Of a stretch of DNA of 64,000 nt, positions 44,323-51,739 are shown piece after piece. The notes under the pieces are model-generated. The model saw only the letters and a program-made list of their open reading frames with translations, was not told where the DNA came from and searched no databases. The stretch covers positions 3,944-67,943 of the forward strand of contig CAZSDL010000001.1 in the NCBI GenBank assembly GCA_964605635.1. The letters run 5' to 3'. Position 1 is the first letter of the stretch. Each line of letters opens with the position of its first letter. The stretch is from an uncultured Woeseiaceae bacterium. Lineage in GTDB: Bacteria > Pseudomonadota > Gammaproteobacteria > Steroidobacterales > Woeseiaceae. Position numbers and translations under genes: made by a program.

Positions 44323-46945
44323 CCAGCCATTCCGCGATCAGGCGTTTTTCCGCAGGCGTCAGATAGCCGTCATGGCTCTCGCCCGCATCGAAACGATTAA
44401 AAAATCGACCCGACGCGTTGGCGCCGGCGACACTCATTGAAGGGTTCACCGTAACGGTGGCAAAAATCGGATCTCCGGTTTCCGGATCGGTGCCAACCTG
44501 CACCAGGACGTCCTGTAACGCGCCCATGTTGAGTTCCTGTTCGTTATCCGGGAACAGCAGCTCACGATAAGAATTTAAGTGATCCGCCTGATCGGGCGAT
44601 TGCCCGTCGGACAAATCCAGCTGCGACGCCGGCACACGCACCTGCATCTGGTCGTCGACCGGGCTGTGGCAATTGACGCAGTCATTGGTAACGGGATTAC
44701 CCATCCCGTCGAGCACCGGATTCATGTCGTCGTCCAGCACCGGTCGCGATGCCGACCATAACGGATGAATATGTGTCTCGTAATTAATGACGATGCGACA
44801 AGTCGCGGACCATTGCTGCATGCAATTGACGTTGGTCGGCGGCGCGGTCGTCAGGGCAGAGTACGCGTACGCAAAGCTCTCATCCCTCGGCCGGCCCGCA
44901 GCAACCTCATCAGTCCATACGTCGTCGTAAATGATGTCGACAGACGGATCGAGCGACACGCAGGTCGTATCGGCGCAACTGATGCGTGCTCGAACTTCGG
45001 CCATCGTTTCACCGACCTCACCGACAAAAAGTGCCGGATCGGTGTTCGGGAATTCGACGCCAGCCATCGCGGCCCCGGCCCACGCTGGTTCGAACGCATC
45101 TCCACGGCCATGGGACAGGCCGCCTTGTGCCTCGTGACAACCGTTGCATTGCAACAGTTGTCCCGGCCGGACCTGTAACCAGTTCTGATGTCGCTGTGTT
45201 ATGCGACGGCCGTCGCTGTCGAGCACACTCACGGCCAGTGCGACGTTGGCCGGCACCTTGACTATGACCGAACCATCCGGTTCGATGGGCGCATAGCCGA
45301 CAATTTCCTTCATGCCCTGCTGAGTACTGCGACCGAACGCCGTATTGTCCAGATCGACGATGTCTTCATCGGGAATCGACACCGCTTTCACAATACGCAA
45401 AAACCTGGCCGGCCTCTCATCTGCCGTGGTCTGCGCCGGATCAGCCAGCGCCGCGATATTTGCCACAGCCCCGCCGTCGAAATCATAGACACTCCGGATA
45501 CTGATCACTCCCGTGCCTTCGGCGACCAGGTCAGGGTCGGCCAGGAAATTGTCGGCGCCATCGAGTATGACGGGAGGTATGGGCCTCGGGTCGGCAGACA
45601 CTACTTCCGTGAACATGAAGCCCTCTACGGGCGGCACAATCGGCAATTGAGTGTTATCCCTCGGATCGTAGATCCAGATGCCGTAGATCGGTGGCGATTC
45701 CTCGACCTGCGGATTGGCGAGTCGCTCGTCCGTGCAAGGCACGTTAAAGATGTCCTCGACGACGCGACACTGGCTCCAGCTCACCAGCATCCTGCCGGTA
45801 CCGTCCTGAATGGGGAAGACGGAGCGGTAGCGTCCTCCACGCGAAGGTACGCCGGCCTCCGTCGAAACGTCGTTGACCGTGGCAGCTTCCTGTGCCGGCC
45901 CGGTCAGGCCAGGGTTGTCCTTGTTGGCTTGCGCATTTTCCAGGTACACCGGTACATCGATGACGGTCAGGTCGCCGCCGTCGTTCGTATCAGTGTACGG
46001 ACGAGTAAGGGCCAGTACGCGTCCGTCCTCCAGTTCGCGCGGCTGCAGGAACTGGATTGTTTCGCCATTCGTACCGGTATCGTGGCTGTTCTGGCCATAG
46101 AGCAATTCGAGATTCGACCCGTCCGGGTTCATTCGATAGAGATTCACAGCATCATTAACGCCCATGTGATCCCAGCGGCTGAACACGATCCTGCCGTCCG
46201 CCAGGACAGACGGATCGAAGTCGTGGCTCTGGTTGTATGAGATTTGCTCGATGTTCGAGCCGTCCGCATCCATGACATGCAGGACGAATGCCGGTTCGTT
46301 CCGGTCCTCGTCCATGGCGGCGAACTGCGGCTTGCCTTCATCCAGCAGCACCGCACTCGAGCGCACCTGGCGGGTCGACGAAAAAACGATGCGGCCATCC
46401 GGCAGATAGTGGGGCGCAAGATCGTGCCCGATTTCAGCGGTCAGGTCCGAGGCAATGACGCGACGCAAGGTTTCTGTTTCGAATTCGTATTCCCAGATGT
46501 TCCAGGTCGGCTGGTCCTCGTCGTCGAGGTCGAGATTCTCGATAGCCGGGCCGCGCATGGCGAACAGGAGTTTGCTGCCATCATAGGCAATCTCGACATC
46601 CCTTACGTCGCCCAGTCCGTTCGTAACGCTTTCAGTTATATTGACATCCAGTGCGCTGGGAGACGCACGGTCACGAAAGAACAGATCGGCTCCGATATTG
46701 AATGTAATCAGTTCACGCAGGTCGGATTGTTCCGTCATGCCCAGGTCATCGACCGGCAATGGTGCCCTGATGTAAGCGATCGGAAAATCGATGACGACCG
46801 GGTCCGCATCCTGCCCCGTACCGATGCTGACGCCATCACCACTTCCATCGCAGCCGGCCAACCCAAGCAAAGCGGACAGCAACAGCGCGCCCTGCACTAC
46901 CGCGTTCCGTGATCCAGCACCATTGCGTTGCGACGCCGTGTTCAT
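44273..46945 (-). CDS. large lipoprotein: PD40/TolB-like beta-propeller plus C-terminal di-CXXCH domain
   Basis: Lipobox LLGLAGC follows ATG 46945 (RBS AAGGTGG). PD40-like repeats are present (LPDGRIVFSSTR, VMDADGSNIEQISYN, LADGRIVFSRWDH, YRMNPDGSNLELLYG). The two CXXCH motifs are CNGCH and CVNCH. Confidence 0.75.
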   Translation of the reverse strand: MNTASQRNGAGSRNAVVQGALLLSALLGLAGCDGSGDGVSIGTGQDADPVVIDFPIAYIRAPLPVDDLGMTEQSDLRELITFNIGADLFFRDRASPSALDVNITESVTNGLGDVRDVEIAYDGSKLLFAMRGPAIENLDLDDEDQPTWNIWEYEFETETLRRVIASDLTAEIGHDLAPHYLPDGRIVFSSTRQVRSSAVLLDEGKPQFAAMDEDRNEPAFVLHVMDADGSNIEQISYNQSHDFDPSVLADGRIVFSRWDHMGVNDAVNLYRMNPDGSNLELLYGQNSHDTGTNGETIQFLQPRELEDGRVLALTRPYTDTNDGGDLTVIDVPVYLENAQANKDNPGLTGPAQEAATVNDVSTEAGVPSRGGRYRSVFPIQDGTGRMLVSWSQCRVVEDIFNVPCTDERLANPQVEESPPIYGIWIYDPRDNTQLPIVPPVEGFMFTEVVSADPRPIPPVILDGADNFLADPDLVAEGTGVISIRSVYDFDGGAVANIAALADPAQTTADERPARFLRIVKAVSIPDEDIVDLDNTAFGRSTQQGMKEIVGYAPIEPDGSVIVKVPANVALAVSVLDSDGRRITQRHQNWLQVRPGQLLQCNGCHEAQGGLSHGRGDAFEPAWAGAAMAGVEFPNTDPALFVGEVGETMAEVRARISCADTTCVSLDPSVDIIYDDVWTDEVAAGRPRDESFAYAYSALTTAPPTNVNCMQQWSATCRIVINYETHIHPLWSASRPVLDDDMNPVLDGMGNPVTNDCVNCHSPVDDQMQVRVPASQLDLSDGQSPDQADHLNSYRELLFPDNEQELNMGALQDVLVQVGTDPETGDPIFATVTVNPSMSVAGANASGRFFNRFDAGESHDGYLTPAEKRLIAEWLDVGAQYYNNPFDVPNN

Positions 46946-47630
46946 AAATGCCACCTTTAATACCTGATGTAGTGATTGGTACGCGCGTTTCGCACCAACT
47001 TGCGTGCGTAGCTCTATGCAATATTCAGACCATTCCCTCTTCGTAGGAAACGATCGAACGCCGCAAAGTAAAATCGCTGTCAGGCGGACTGCCATAGTGG
47101 ACGCGAAGCACCCCCTGTACCGTTAACGCGATCACAAAGATCTGCGAGAACATCTCTTCAGAATCGGTGTTTTACGGATGCTGCGACTTCCTGATCTGTA
47201 GATCGGCAACGAGCCAAATTGCACTGCGAATTATTGCGAGCAACAAAACCCGTCAGAAGTCGTGGCCCGTGTCACTGTTGCCGAAATCGCACCAACTCGG
47301 TAGCTGCCGTGTTTCCTCTGTTGTTTTGCCGCGAATCCTTGTCGGTAACAGACACTGATGTCGGTCTGCGGCGACAGGCTGCCGGGCATTGTGAATCAGC
47401 GGCTTAGAATGTCGTTTGACTTTGTCTTGTGCGGAACGAACGACAATGGCTTGACATATCCTCGCGCGGGCCTGGTCTTCGAAAAATTCTGTAATCGCCT
47501 GTTTCCTAACACGTAAATGGCAGCCAATCGCGTAACGCCGCATTTTGGCACAGCCCTTGCTATGTATTTGTCAGTTAGACAAAGACGGTGCCAAGCGGGA
47601 GTTCGAGAAAGTGTCGGTAAACAGGTGGAG

Positions 47631-47646
47631 TGTGAATGCATTCACG
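47631..47646. promoter_or_regulatory. CRP/Vfr-type palindrome
   Basis: TGTGA-ATGCAT-TCACG compared with the consensus TGTGA-N6-TCACA. Its core, GTGAATGCATTCAC, is a perfect 14-bp palindrome. It lies in the 1-kb divergent gap, about 320 nt upstream of ATG 47969. Confidence 0.3.
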
Positions 47647-47744
47647 GCCTGGATGCGACAACTTAGGCATAGTCTTTTTTGGAACGTCCGCCTGCTCGTT
47701 CGGCAATTGGTGCGCCGGTAAGACTCGGCAAAACCCTAAGGACT

Positions 47745-47850
47745 TCTGAAAAGGGCAAGGCCTCTGCCAGCAGAACCGGCGGTGGCCACGCAAAGCAACC
47801 GATCCGGGAAGTAGCCTCACGGCTACGTCTACGCGACAGCGGGGCCGCCA
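47745..47850 (+). ncRNA. candidate GEMM-I-like (cyclic-dinucleotide) riboswitch aptamer in the operon leader
   Basis: In order: GGGCAAG (47753-59); a 9-bp hairpin GGCCTCTGCC/GGCGGTGGCC (47759-87); ACGCAAAGC (47788-96); the hairpin GTAGCC-TCAC-GGCTAC (47811-26); and GACAGCGGGGCCGCC (47835-49). These parallel GGGCAAA-hairpin-GACGCAAAGCC...GUAGCGGGGUUACC of the V. cholerae Vc2 aptamer as I remember it. This has not been verified with a covariance model. Confidence 0.25.
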
Positions 47851-47968
47851 GGAGTACGTGAGTGACAGGGCTTCTTCTCCCTGCTTCGCTCTTGAAATAA
47901 GCCGGACTCCCGTGCCTGTCAGCTGTAGCTCACGATGTTGAGTCGTACTGGTCACGAGCAGGGATGTT

Positions 47969-49183
47969 ATGAAAGACAGGACGTGGAAAGTTAGTTCAGG
48001 TGCCGGAAACCGCTCATTTGTTGCGCGGCTCGCACAAGTGTTTGCCGTTGGCTTTCTGTCTGCTGCGCTCGCATTGCCTGCCGCCGCGGGTCCGAGAGAG
48101 CAGGCAAAACGCATCCATGACCGACTTGCCGGCGTCCCGCCGTCAGCCTCGGTTCTTGACGCTATGGAAGCTGACGTCGACCCGTTTCAGCCAGGCACGG
48201 CCCTGGATGCCGCTTTCACGGCGATGGACAATCCCAATTTCTACAACGTGACCCTGAAGAACTTTGCAGCGCCGTGGACAAACCGCGAGCGCAGTGTGTT
48301 CGTTCCTCTGAACGATTACATCGCAACTGTTGTCGGCATGATTCGTGACGACGTGCCGTTCAACACCCTGCTTTCTGCCGATCTCGTCTACATCGGCAAT
48401 GGCAGCCTCGGCTTGCCGCCCTACTCCAGCAATAACAACAATCACTACGCGCAGATGGAGCAACGGCAGATCGACATGATGAGCGAACTCACACCGACGG
48501 CGCAGTCGACGGTAAGCGGCCTGCCTTCAAACGCGACGGCAGGCGTGATGACGACCCGCGCAGCCGCCGAGGCGTTCTTTGTCGCCGGCACCAACCGCGC
48601 GATGTTCCGCTTCACGTTGCTGAACCACATGTGTAATGACCTCGAGCAGGTCCACGACGTCAAGCTTTCGCCGGATCGTATTCGCCAGGATGTCGCCCGC
48701 AGCCCGGGGGGTGACAGTCGCCTGTTCCTGAATAATTGCATCGGCTGCCACAACGGTATGGATCCGCTGGCGCAGGCCTTCGCGTATTACAATTTCAACG
48801 TCGACACGGGCAGCATCGAGTACACGCCGGGCCAGGTGCAGCCCAAGTACTTCAACAATGAAGACAACTTTCCGTTCGGCTTTCGTACGCCGGATGACAG
48901 CTGGGACAACTACTGGCGTACCGGGCAGAACCAGTTTCTCGGCTGGGACAGCAGTCTGCCCGGCAGTGGTGCCGGTGCGAAATCGCTTGGCGACGAACTG
49001 GGCAACAGTGCCGCGTTCGCCAGCTGCCAGGTCCGCAAAGTCTTTCAAGCTGTTTGTCTGAGACCGCCGCAAGATGCCGCCGATCGGGCCCAGGTGGATC
49101 AGATGGTCATGTCCTTCACGTCCTCCGGCTATCTCATGAAGCAGGTGTTCGCTGAAACAGCCGTCTATTGCATGGGCGACTAG
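47969..49183 (+). CDS. secreted single-CXXCH protein, DUF1588/DUF1585 (PSCyt3/PSD2)-like
   Basis: Signal peptide FVARLAQVFAVGFLSAALALPAAAG. Contains NNCIGCHNGMDPLAQAF, which is CxxCH followed by xxMDP as in the planctomycete-type DUF1588 domain. The C-terminal region is GAKSLGDELGNSAAFASCQVRKVFQAVC. Confidence 0.7.
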   Translation: MKDRTWKVSSGAGNRSFVARLAQVFAVGFLSAALALPAAAGPREQAKRIHDRLAGVPPSASVLDAMEADVDPFQPGTALDAAFTAMDNPNFYNVTLKNFAAPWTNRERSVFVPLNDYIATVVGMIRDDVPFNTLLSADLVYIGNGSLGLPPYSSNNNNHYAQMEQRQIDMMSELTPTAQSTVSGLPSNATAGVMTTRAAAEAFFVAGTNRAMFRFTLLNHMCNDLEQVHDVKLSPDRIRQDVARSPGGDSRLFLNNCIGCHNGMDPLAQAFAYYNFNVDTGSIEYTPGQVQPKYFNNEDNFPFGFRTPDDSWDNYWRTGQNQFLGWDSSLPGSGAGAKSLGDELGNSAAFASCQVRKVFQAVCLRPPQDAADRAQVDQMVMSFTSSGYLMKQVFAETAVYCMGD

Positions 49184-49187
49184 GGAG

Positions 49188-51707
49188 ATGGCGTCGATGA
49201 ATCGTACAAAAGGAACTGTTATGGCCGACCTCATCGAGAGTGGTCGCAAAGGTGTCGTACGCGCAGGACTGGCGGGCGCATTGTGCATCGCGTTGCTCGC
49301 CGGTTGCGGCGGCGGCGCGCAGACGACGGACAACCCGATAACTGGCGTGACGCCTCCGTCAACCTATTCGGGGCCGCCGCCGGCAACCGAGGACGTGCAA
49401 TCCTTCAAATTGAACGTTTGGGACAACATCCAGGCCAGCAATCGTTGCGGCGGCTGCCACAATGACTCGATCGGTCAGACGCCGATGTTTGCGCGCCACG
49501 ATGACATCAATCTTGCTTACGAGGCCGCCAACACGGTAGCCAACCTGGCGCAGCCATCGGACTCCAGACTGGTTACGAAGGTCGCCACCGGCCATAACTG
49601 CTGGCTGAGCGACAGCCAGGCTTGCGCCGACATCATGACAACGTGGATAGAAGGCTGGGCCGGGGATGCAGCCGGCGGCGGACGCCAGATCGTGCTGGAG
49701 CCACCAGTTGCAAGCGCGCCGGGATCCAGCAAGAGCTATGCAAATGCCACGGAAGCCAATTTCGCGGCCCTGGTGCATGGCCCGGTCCTGACGACCTATT
49801 GCGCCGGATGCCATACCTCGCAGTCACCGAATTCTCAACAACCGTATTTTGCGGAAGACGATGTATCCGTCGCCTACGATGCGGCGAAACCGAGGATGTC
49901 CCTCGACTCACCGGCTGATTCGCGATTCGTGGTGCGCCTCGGTAGCGAGTTCCATAACTGCTGGAACGACAGCTGCACGGCCTCCGCTGCAGAAATGCAG
50001 GCGGCCATTCAGGCATTCGCCGACACGGTTCCGCTGACGGAAATCGATCCCTTGCTGGTCAACAGTAACGCGCTGCGCATTGTCGATGGCGTCGTTGCTT
50101 CCGGCGGCAATCGTTATGAAGGCGCACAGATTGCGTTGTGGGAATTCAAAACAGGCCAGGGCGCCACGGCGTTCGATACCAGCGGCGTGGAACCGGCAAT
50201 CAATCTCACGTTGTCGGGCAACTATGAATGGTTCGGCGGCTGGGGCGTTACCATCAACGACGGCAAGGCACAGGGCTCGACGTCCGCCAGCAAGAAGCTG
50301 CATGACCTCATTCGTGCAACCGGCGAGTACTCGATCGAAGCGTGGGTGGTACCGTCGAACGTATCGCAGGAAATGGCGCGCATCGTAAGCTATTCCGCCG
50401 GCGACGACGCACGCAACTTCACCTTGCAGCAGACCTTGTACGACTACAATTTCCTGCATCGCAGCACCGAGACGAGTCTCAACGGCGATCCCGCATTATC
50501 GACCCCGTCCGCTGCAGAGGTCCTGCAGGCCGTACTGCAACACGTGGTCGCAACTTACAGCCCCGTCGACGGACGCAGAATCTATGTCAATGGCGAGCTT
50601 GTCACGCAGGCCGACCCGGTAGCCGGTGGCTCTCTGGTCGACTGGCAGGACACATTTGCTTTCGTACTCGGCAACGAAGTCTCGAGTTCGGGCCTTTGGC
50701 AGGGCACCTTCCGCCTGGTTGCGATGCATAACCGCGTCCTGACCCCCGAGCAGATCGTGCAGAATTTCGATGTTGGTGTGGGTGAGAAGTTCTACCTGTT
50801 GTTCGGCATCGAAGACATTATCAACGTGCCGACCGCCTACATCCTTTTCGAGGTTGCGCAGTTCGACAGCTACGGCTACCTGTTTACGCAGCCGCACTTC
50901 ATAACGCTCGACGCTGCACAGCAGCCTGACGGTATAGCACTGCAGGGCTTGCGCATCGGCATCAATGGAGTGGAAGCGCCGGTGGGGCAGTCCTACGCCA
51001 ATATGGACCAGACCCTCAGCTATTCGCAATTCGGTGAACTCGGTCAGCCTCTTGCCGATATCGGTGCTGTTATACCGCTGGAGAAAGGTCCGCAGGACGA
51101 TGAGTTCTTCCTGACCTTTGACTTGCTGGGTCAGCAGACCTACGTACGCACCAACGATCCGCCGCTGGTCATCACCCCGTCCGATCTGCCACCGGCGTCC
51201 CGTTTCGGGGTAAGGACCTTCGACGAAATCAATGCCACCATGGCAGCAGTGACGACTGTGGATCCTACTCAGACAAACGTGGACATGACTTACCAGAGTC
51301 TGCGGCAGTCATTGCCGACCATTGAAAGCCCCGAGGCATTTCTCGCTTCGCACCAGGTCGCGATCGCGCAGCTCGCCATCGAATACTGCAATGCGCTGAT
51401 CGACGATTCAGCATTGGCAGCCGCATACTTTCCTGGCTTTGATTTCAACCAGTCAGCCGCTGCTGCTTTTGCCGGGACCAATCGCGACCTGTTGCTCGAG
51501 CCACTGATCGACAGAATGATGGGCTTTGGCATCCAGACACAACCGGACTACGCCGATGTGCGCAACGAACTCGGCTACGTCACATCCGACGGCACGCGGC
51601 CCGACAACCTGATCGATCGCCTGTTGAGCAGCGGCGCAGCGACGCGATCGATTTCCAAGGGCGTATGCGCAGCCGTTCTCGGCAGTGCCGTCACACTCGT
51701 ACAGTAG
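49188..51707 (+). CDS. lipoprotein with two tandem CXXCH...HNCW modules and a LamG-like domain
   Basis: Lipobox LLAGC. Module 1 is CGGCHND...GHNCWLSDSQAC and module 2 is CAGCHTS...FHNCWNDSC. The LamG-like core is EYSIEAWVVPSNVSQEMARIVSYS...RRIYVNGELV. The more likely start is ATG 49197, 9 nt after GGGAG. Confidence 0.75.
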   Translation: MASMNRTKGTVMADLIESGRKGVVRAGLAGALCIALLAGCGGGAQTTDNPITGVTPPSTYSGPPPATEDVQSFKLNVWDNIQASNRCGGCHNDSIGQTPMFARHDDINLAYEAANTVANLAQPSDSRLVTKVATGHNCWLSDSQACADIMTTWIEGWAGDAAGGGRQIVLEPPVASAPGSSKSYANATEANFAALVHGPVLTTYCAGCHTSQSPNSQQPYFAEDDVSVAYDAAKPRMSLDSPADSRFVVRLGSEFHNCWNDSCTASAAEMQAAIQAFADTVPLTEIDPLLVNSNALRIVDGVVASGGNRYEGAQIALWEFKTGQGATAFDTSGVEPAINLTLSGNYEWFGGWGVTINDGKAQGSTSASKKLHDLIRATGEYSIEAWVVPSNVSQEMARIVSYSAGDDARNFTLQQTLYDYNFLHRSTETSLNGDPALSTPSAAEVLQAVLQHVVATYSPVDGRRIYVNGELVTQADPVAGGSLVDWQDTFAFVLGNEVSSSGLWQGTFRLVAMHNRVLTPEQIVQNFDVGVGEKFYLLFGIEDIINVPTAYILFEVAQFDSYGYLFTQPHFITLDAAQQPDGIALQGLRIGINGVEAPVGQSYANMDQTLSYSQFGELGQPLADIGAVIPLEKGPQDDEFFLTFDLLGQQTYVRTNDPPLVITPSDLPPASRFGVRTFDEINATMAAVTTVDPTQTNVDMTYQSLRQSLPTIESPEAFLASHQVAIAQLAIEYCNALIDDSALAAAYFPGFDFNQSAAAAFAGTNRDLLLEPLIDRMMGFGIQTQPDYADVRNELGYVTSDGTRPDNLIDRLLSSGAATRSISKGVCAAVLGSAVTLVQ

Positions 51708-51739
51708 CTCGATCAAGCAAACGGAATGAGGCAAGAGAA

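Noticed and set aside
45188-46912. 350-aa and 222-aa plus-strand ORFs inside the propeller-lipoprotein gene
   Set aside because: They are antisense to an ORF that has repeated PD40 motifs, a lipobox and a good RBS. They have no recognisable domains.
47167-48114. Short ORFs in the 1-kb gap (63, 62, 96, 81, 179 aa, and a 35-aa ORF at 47410-47517) as possible regulators or RiPP precursors
   Set aside because: They are mutually overlapping and rich in Cys/Arg/Ser. They have no RBS or family resemblance, and the 179-aa ORF runs antisense into the 47969 gene. They are kept only as part of the non-coding-gap observation.
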